A DNA stretch of 38,864 nucleotides from Methanothrix sp. (GTDB lineage Archaea > Halobacteriota > Methanosarcinia > Methanotrichales > Methanotrichaceae): NCBI GenBank assembly GCA_040770465.1, contig JAXGJB010000027.1, positions 1-38,864 on the forward strand. The letters are read 5' to 3'. Shown in pieces: positions 37,506 to 38,864 of this stretch. The position numbers were made by a program, and so were the translations under genes. The notes beneath the pieces are model-generated. The model did no database searches. It worked only from the letters and a program-made list of their open reading frames with translations, and was not told the DNA's origin. Position 1 is the first letter of the stretch. Each line of letters starts with the position of its first letter.

Positions 37506-38779
37506 TCTCCTCCTCCCAGGGCCATCGAGACTATCCTGGTCATGTGGGTCTCGGGGCCGTAGACGTGGATCGGGACGCCCAGTCTCTTGCCGAGCTTTCT
37601 CATGATCCGAAGCCCCTCCTCGTAGTTGGGCCCGCCCCTCCGGACGTATATCTCGACCCCCGTCTCCTTAAGACGTTCCCGGTAGTCCTCAAGGCCCATG
37701 ACGACCCCTTTGAAGGTCTTGGCGACGTCGGTGAAGTTCGCGATCCCGCCTCCGATTAGGAGGTATTTGGTCCTTCCTTGGGGGTCCTTCTCTCTTGTCA
37801 TCAGGTCCAGGATCGTCCTGGTGTACTCGTAGGTGTCCTCGGTGGAGGGGTCGCCGCTGTACTCGCCGTAGTTTGCGAGCTCGCCGCCGAATCCCAGGTC
37901 GCAGATGGTGTCGGCGTAGATGACGGACGCCCCGCCTCCCGCCACCATCGTCCAGATCCTCCCCTTCGGATTCAAGATCGTGAGCTTGAGGGAGGCTCCG
38001 GTCCGAGAGTCGATCTCCTTGATGTGCGCCTCCTCTTTTGTGAGAGCTCTGCCGAAGGGCTCGGGAAACTCGATCCCCTTCCAGCTACCCCTCTGCCAGA
38101 AGCTCTCTGCGTCGTCGAGCCTTGCCACCAGGTCCAGGGGGATTATCTTGCCTTCGTGGAAGACGAAGGGGTTGATCTCGAGGTATGCGAAGCCGAGGTC
38201 TTTGAAGAGCTGGTAGAGACCTTTGATGAAGTCAGCGACGGGCGTTCGTCTGCCGCCGAGATCGGCCGGAAGCTTGGATTTGAAGTCGAGCTTCTCGGGC
38301 TTTGCCAGGACGTCCACGGGGATCTCTGTAACCGTCTCCCAGTTCGCCTCGATGTCGACCCCGCCCCGGGGGGAGAAGTAGATTACGTCCCGACCGTAGT
38401 CGGACTTAATCGCCACGTAGAGCTCGTACTTCTGGTCGTGGGGGACGAAGGGCTCGATGAGGAATGTGTTGAGGGTCCCGACGACGGTTCCCACGAGGGT
38501 CTCTTTGTTCATCCTCTCCTCGATGTACTCGCGGGCCTCGTCCCAGGTGGCATCGAGGAGGATCAGGCCGTGAGCGCCCCTCTTGCCGAAGAGCTGGTCG
38601 GGTTTGACCACCAGCCTTTTCTTCTTAACCCAGGGGCATTCGACCGCCACCACCTCCAGGTCGGTTTCTGGGGTGACAAGGACGATCTGACCGTCGTAAT
38701 CGAAATCAGGTACGTAATTGGGAAGGCGTTCTGCCAGCATCTTCTTGGCGTCGTATTCCCTAATCCCTCTCTGTGCCAT
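37502..38779 (-). CDS. aclB: ATP-citrate lyase beta subunit
   Basis: IREYDAK, KPDQLFGKRG, MVAGGGASVIYADT, ANYGEYSG, GGGIANFTDVA, RRGGPNY. Confidence 0.95.
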   Translation of the reverse strand: MAQRGIREYDAKKMLAERLPNYVPDFDYDGQIVLVTPETDLEVVAVECPWVKKKRLVVKPDQLFGKRGAHGLILLDATWDEAREYIEERMNKETLVGTVVGTLNTFLIEPFVPHDQKYELYVAIKSDYGRDVIYFSPRGGVDIEANWETVTEIPVDVLAKPEKLDFKSKLPADLGGRRTPVADFIKGLYQLFKDLGFAYLEINPFVFHEGKIIPLDLVARLDDAESFWQRGSWKGIEFPEPFGRALTKEEAHIKEIDSRTGASLKLTILNPKGRIWTMVAGGGASVIYADTICDLGFGGELANYGEYSGDPSTEDTYEYTRTILDLMTREKDPQGRTKYLLIGGGIANFTDVAKTFKGVVMGLEDYRERLKETGVEIYVRRGGPNYEEGLRIMRKLGKRLGVPIHVYGPETHMTRIVSMALGGGE

Positions 38780-38832
38780 CTTCAAAACCTCCTCCCCAGG
38801 GGCAGCGTCTTTTTTGTTTACAAATCTTTCTA

Positions 38833-38864
38833 CGAAACGGTCCGGAAATGGTCCCGAAACGGTC
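38833..38864. repeat. 11-bp tandem repeat upstream of aclB, cut by the window edge
   Basis: CGAAACGGTCC GGAAATGGTCC CGAAACGGTC. Confidence 0.75.

Overview
GC-rich archaeal chromosome segment, most likely a Methanothrix/Methanosaeta-like acetoclastic methanogen (inferred from Taw1, heteromeric ATP-citrate lyase, GGAGG/GGTGA Shine-Dalgarno sites and TATA-type promoters). Left to right: a partial SagB-type nitroreductase; a secreted 20-repeat internalin-like LRR protein; a degenerate TOPRIM/TopoVI-A-like protein; an Opp/Nik-type ABC importer cluster interrupted by an intact IS5 element, with a divergent SAM methyltransferase; a 15-repeat HEAT protein split in-frame by an intact ISL3 element; an ABC-2 exporter; a FecBCD-type importer operon with two Cys-rich binding proteins, a methyltransferase and an SPFH protein; a roughly 1-kb ORF-poor, densely base-paired region (26.9-27.95 kb) that looks like a cluster of unannotated structured RNAs; then housekeeping genes (nfo, receiver protein, taw1, NosD-like protein, cold-shock protein, PHP, aconitase-family large subunit, aclA/aclB). 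The best candidate for something undescribed is the structured RNA cluster. At least two genes appear to use non-canonical start codons. All calls come from reading motifs by eye; no database search or folding program was run.
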